Assembly: GCA_964016885.1 (NCBI GenBank)
Contig: OZ024744.1
Coordinates: forward strand, 132,618,001 to 132,682,000
Direction: 5' to 3'
DNA length: 64,000 nucleotides
DNA from: Eledone cirrhosa
Taxonomy: Eukaryota
The notes below the pieces were generated by a model. That model made no database searches, had not been told where the DNA came from, and saw nothing but the letters and a program-made list of their open reading frames with translations. Below, one piece after another: positions 61,256 through 64,000 of this stretch (position 1 is the first letter of the stretch; every line of letters begins with the position of its first letter). Both the position numbers and the translations under genes were made by a program.

Positions 61256-64000
61256 CCCCGACTTAACCCCGACTTAACTTAACCCCAACTTAACTTAACC
61301 CCAACTTAACTTAACCCCAACTTGACTTAACCCCAACATAACTCACACCCAACTTAACTTACCCCCAACTTAACTTAACCCCAACTTGACTTAACCCCAA
61401 CTTAACTTAACCCCAACTTAACTTAACGCCAAAGTCGGAGTTAAGTTAAGTTGGGGTTAAGCTAAGTTGGGGGTAAGTTAAGTTGGGGGTAAGTTAAATT
61501 GGGGTTAAGTTAAGTTGGGGTTGAGTGAAGTTGGGGTTAAGTTAAGTTGGGGTTAAGTTAAGTTAGGGTTAATTTAAGTTGGGGTTAAGTTAAGTTGGGG
61601 TTAACTTAAGTTGGGGTTAAGTTAAGTTGGGGTTAATTTAGGTTGGGGTTAAGTTAAGTTGGGGTTAAGATAAGTTGGGGTTAAGTTAAATTGAGATTAA
61701 GTTAACTTGGGTTTGAGTTAAGTTGGGGATAAGTCAAGTGGTGGTTATGTTAAGTTGGGGTTAAGTTAAGTTGGGGTTAAATTAAGTTGGGGTTAAGTTA
61801 AGTTGGGTGTAAGCTAAGTTGGGGTTGAGTGAAGTTGGGGTTAAGTTAAGTTGGGGTTAAGTAGAGTTGGGGTTAAGTTAAGTTGGGGTTAAGTTAAGTT
61901 GGTGTTAAGTTGGGGTTAAGTTAAGTTGGGGTTGAGTGAAGTTGGGGTTAAGTTAAGTTGGGGTTAAATTAAGTTGGGGTTAACTTAAGTTGGGTTTAAG
62001 TTAAGTTGCGGTTAAGTTAAGTTGGGGTTAAGTTAAGTTGGGGTTAAGTTAAGTCGGGGTTAAGTTAAGTTGGGGTTGAGTTAAGTTGGGGTTATTTTAA
62101 GTTGAGGTTATGTTAAGTTGGGGTTAATTTAAGTTGGGGTTAAGTTAAGTTGGGGTCAATTTAAGTTGGGGTTAAGTTCAGTTGGGGTTAATTTAAGTTG
62201 GGGTTAAGTTAAGTTGGGTTTAAGTTAAGTTGGGGTTAAGTTAAGTTGGGGTTAAGTTAAGTTGGGTTTAAGTTAAGTTGGGGCTAAGTTAAGTTGGGTC
62301 TAATTTGAGTTGGGGTTAAGTTAAGTTGGGGTTAAGTTAAGTTGAGGTTAAATTAAGTTGGGGTTAATTAAGTTGGGGTTAAGTTAAGTTGGGGTTAAGT
62401 TAAGTTGAGGTTAAGTTAACTTGGGGTTAAGTTAAGTTGGGGTTAAGTTAAGTTGGGGTTGAGTTAAGTTGGGGTTGAGTTAAGTTGGGGTTAAGTTAAG
62501 TTGGGGTTAAGTTAAGTTGGGGTTAAGTTAAGTCGGGGTTAATTTAAGTTCGGGTTAAGTTAAGTTCGGGGTAAGCTAAGTTGGGGTTCAGTTAAATCGG
62601 GTCTAAGTTAAGTGGGAGGTTAAGTTAAGTTGGGGTTGAGTTAAGTTGTGGTTAAGTTAACTTGGGGTTAAGTTAAGTTAAGTTTGAGTTAAGTTGGGGT
62701 TAAGTTGGGGTTAAGTTAAGTTGGGGTTAAGTTACGTTGGGGTTAAGTTAAGTTGGGGTTAAGTTGAGGTTAAGTTAAGTTGTGGTTAAGTTAAGTTGGG
62801 GCTAAGTTAAGTTGGGGCTAAGTTAAGTTGGGGTTAAGTTAAGTTGGGGTTAATTTAAGTTGGGGTTAGGTTAAGTTGGGGATAAGTTAAGTTGGGGATA
62901 AGTTAAGTTGGGGTTAAGTTAAGTTGGGTTTAAGTTAAGCTGGGGTTAAGTTAAGTTGGGGTTAAATTAAGTTGGGGTTAAGTTAAGTTTGGGTTAGGTT
63001 AAGTTGGGGATAAGTTAAGTTGGGGATAAGTTAAGTTGGGGTTAAGTTAAGTTGGGTTTAAGTTAAGTTGGGGTTAAGTTAAGTTGGGGTTAAGTTAAGT
63101 TGGGGTTAAGTTAAGTTGCGGTTAGTTAAGTTGAGTTTAAGTTAAGTTGGGGTTAATTTAAGTTGGGGTTAAGTTAAGTTGGGGTTCAGTTCAGTTGGGG
63201 TTAAGTCAAGTTGGGGTTAAGTTAAGTTGGGGTTAAGTTAAGTTGGGGTTAGGTTAAGTTGGGGATAATTTAAGTTGGGGATAAGCTAAGTTGGGGTTAA
63301 GTTAAGTTGGGTTTAAGTTAAGTTGGGGTTAAGTTAAGTTGGGGTTAAATTAAGTTGGGGTTAAGTTAAGCTGGGGTTAAATTAAGTTGGGGTTATGTTA
63401 AGTTGGGGTTAAGTTAAGTTGGGGTTAGTTTAAGTGGGGTTAACCCCAACTTAACTTAACCCCAACTTAACTTAACCCCAACTTCACTCAACCCCAACTT
63501 AAATTAACCCCAACTTCACTCAACCCCAACTTAACTCAACCCCAACTTAAATTAACCCCAACTTAACTTAACCCTGACTTAACTTAACCCCGACTTAACT
63601 TAACCCCGACTTAACTTAACCCCAACTTAACTTAAACCCCAACTTAACTTAACCCCAACTTAACTTAACCCCAACTTGACTTAACCCCAACTTAACTCAC
63701 ACCCAACTTAACTTACCCCTAACTTAACTTAACCACAACTTGACGTAAACCCAACTTAACTTAACCCCAACTTAACTTAACCCCAAAGTCGGAGTTCAGT
63801 TAAGTTGGGGTTCAGTTAAGTTAGGCTTAACTTAAGTTGGGGTTGAGTTAAGTTGGGGGTAAGTTAAGTTGGGGGTAAGTTAAGTTGGGGTTAAGTTAAG
63901 TTGGGGTTAAGTTGGGGTTAAGTTAAGTTAGGGTTAAGTTAAGTTGGGGTTGACTTAAGTTGGGGTTAAGTTAAGTGGTGGTTATGTTAAGTTGGGGTTA
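61256..64000 (+). repeat. Satellite B block B6, long type (cut by window end); inverted island 61256-61432
   Basis: Variant order follows B1 beyond the point where B2-B5 diverge; pivot at 61431. Confidence 0.94.
63442..63786 (-). repeat. Internal inverted satellite B island (copy of 8944-9288)
   Basis: GGGGTTAACCCC at 63436-63447, shared private variants (CCCTGAC, CTTGACGTAAACCC), pivot at 63785. Confidence 0.93.

Noticed and set aside
1-64000. Organellar control region or kinetoplast maxicircle divergent region; assignment to a named satellite family or species
   Set aside because: No organellar genes or recognisable conserved blocks in 64 kb. I do not recognise either monomer as a named family, and a database search would be needed.

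Overview
The window is entirely non-coding tandem-repeat DNA, eukaryote-like in character; the taxon cannot be determined from the sequence. Two satellites alternate strictly. Satellite A is very AT-rich, with a ~37-bp monomer CCTTATATAATCAAT(7-9)AGGTTTTTCGAAAAA grouped into ~0.6-0.9-kb modules that each carry a palindrome-rich landmark. Satellite B is a G-strand-biased, telomere-like 16-mer, TTAAGTTAAGTTGGGG. There are six A blocks (4.2-6.7 kb) and six B blocks (one ~12 kb, four ~3.9 kb, one cut by the window end), plus a 50-bp B tail at the start. All A->B junctions are identical and all B->A junctions are identical, so the amplified unit is an 8-19-kb composite macro-repeat. A possible ~54.5-kb super-period is also visible. 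Every B block starts with a ~177-bp inverted (C-rich) island ending in a fixed pivot, AAAGTCGGAG; the long B type has extra internal islands that start at a spacerless GGGGTTAACCCC palindrome. No genes, RNA genes, transposon coding sequence or CRISPR are supported. The five 82-aa ORFs are by-products of the repeat. Coordinates were counted by eye and may be off by a few bases. Functional interpretations are hypotheses.
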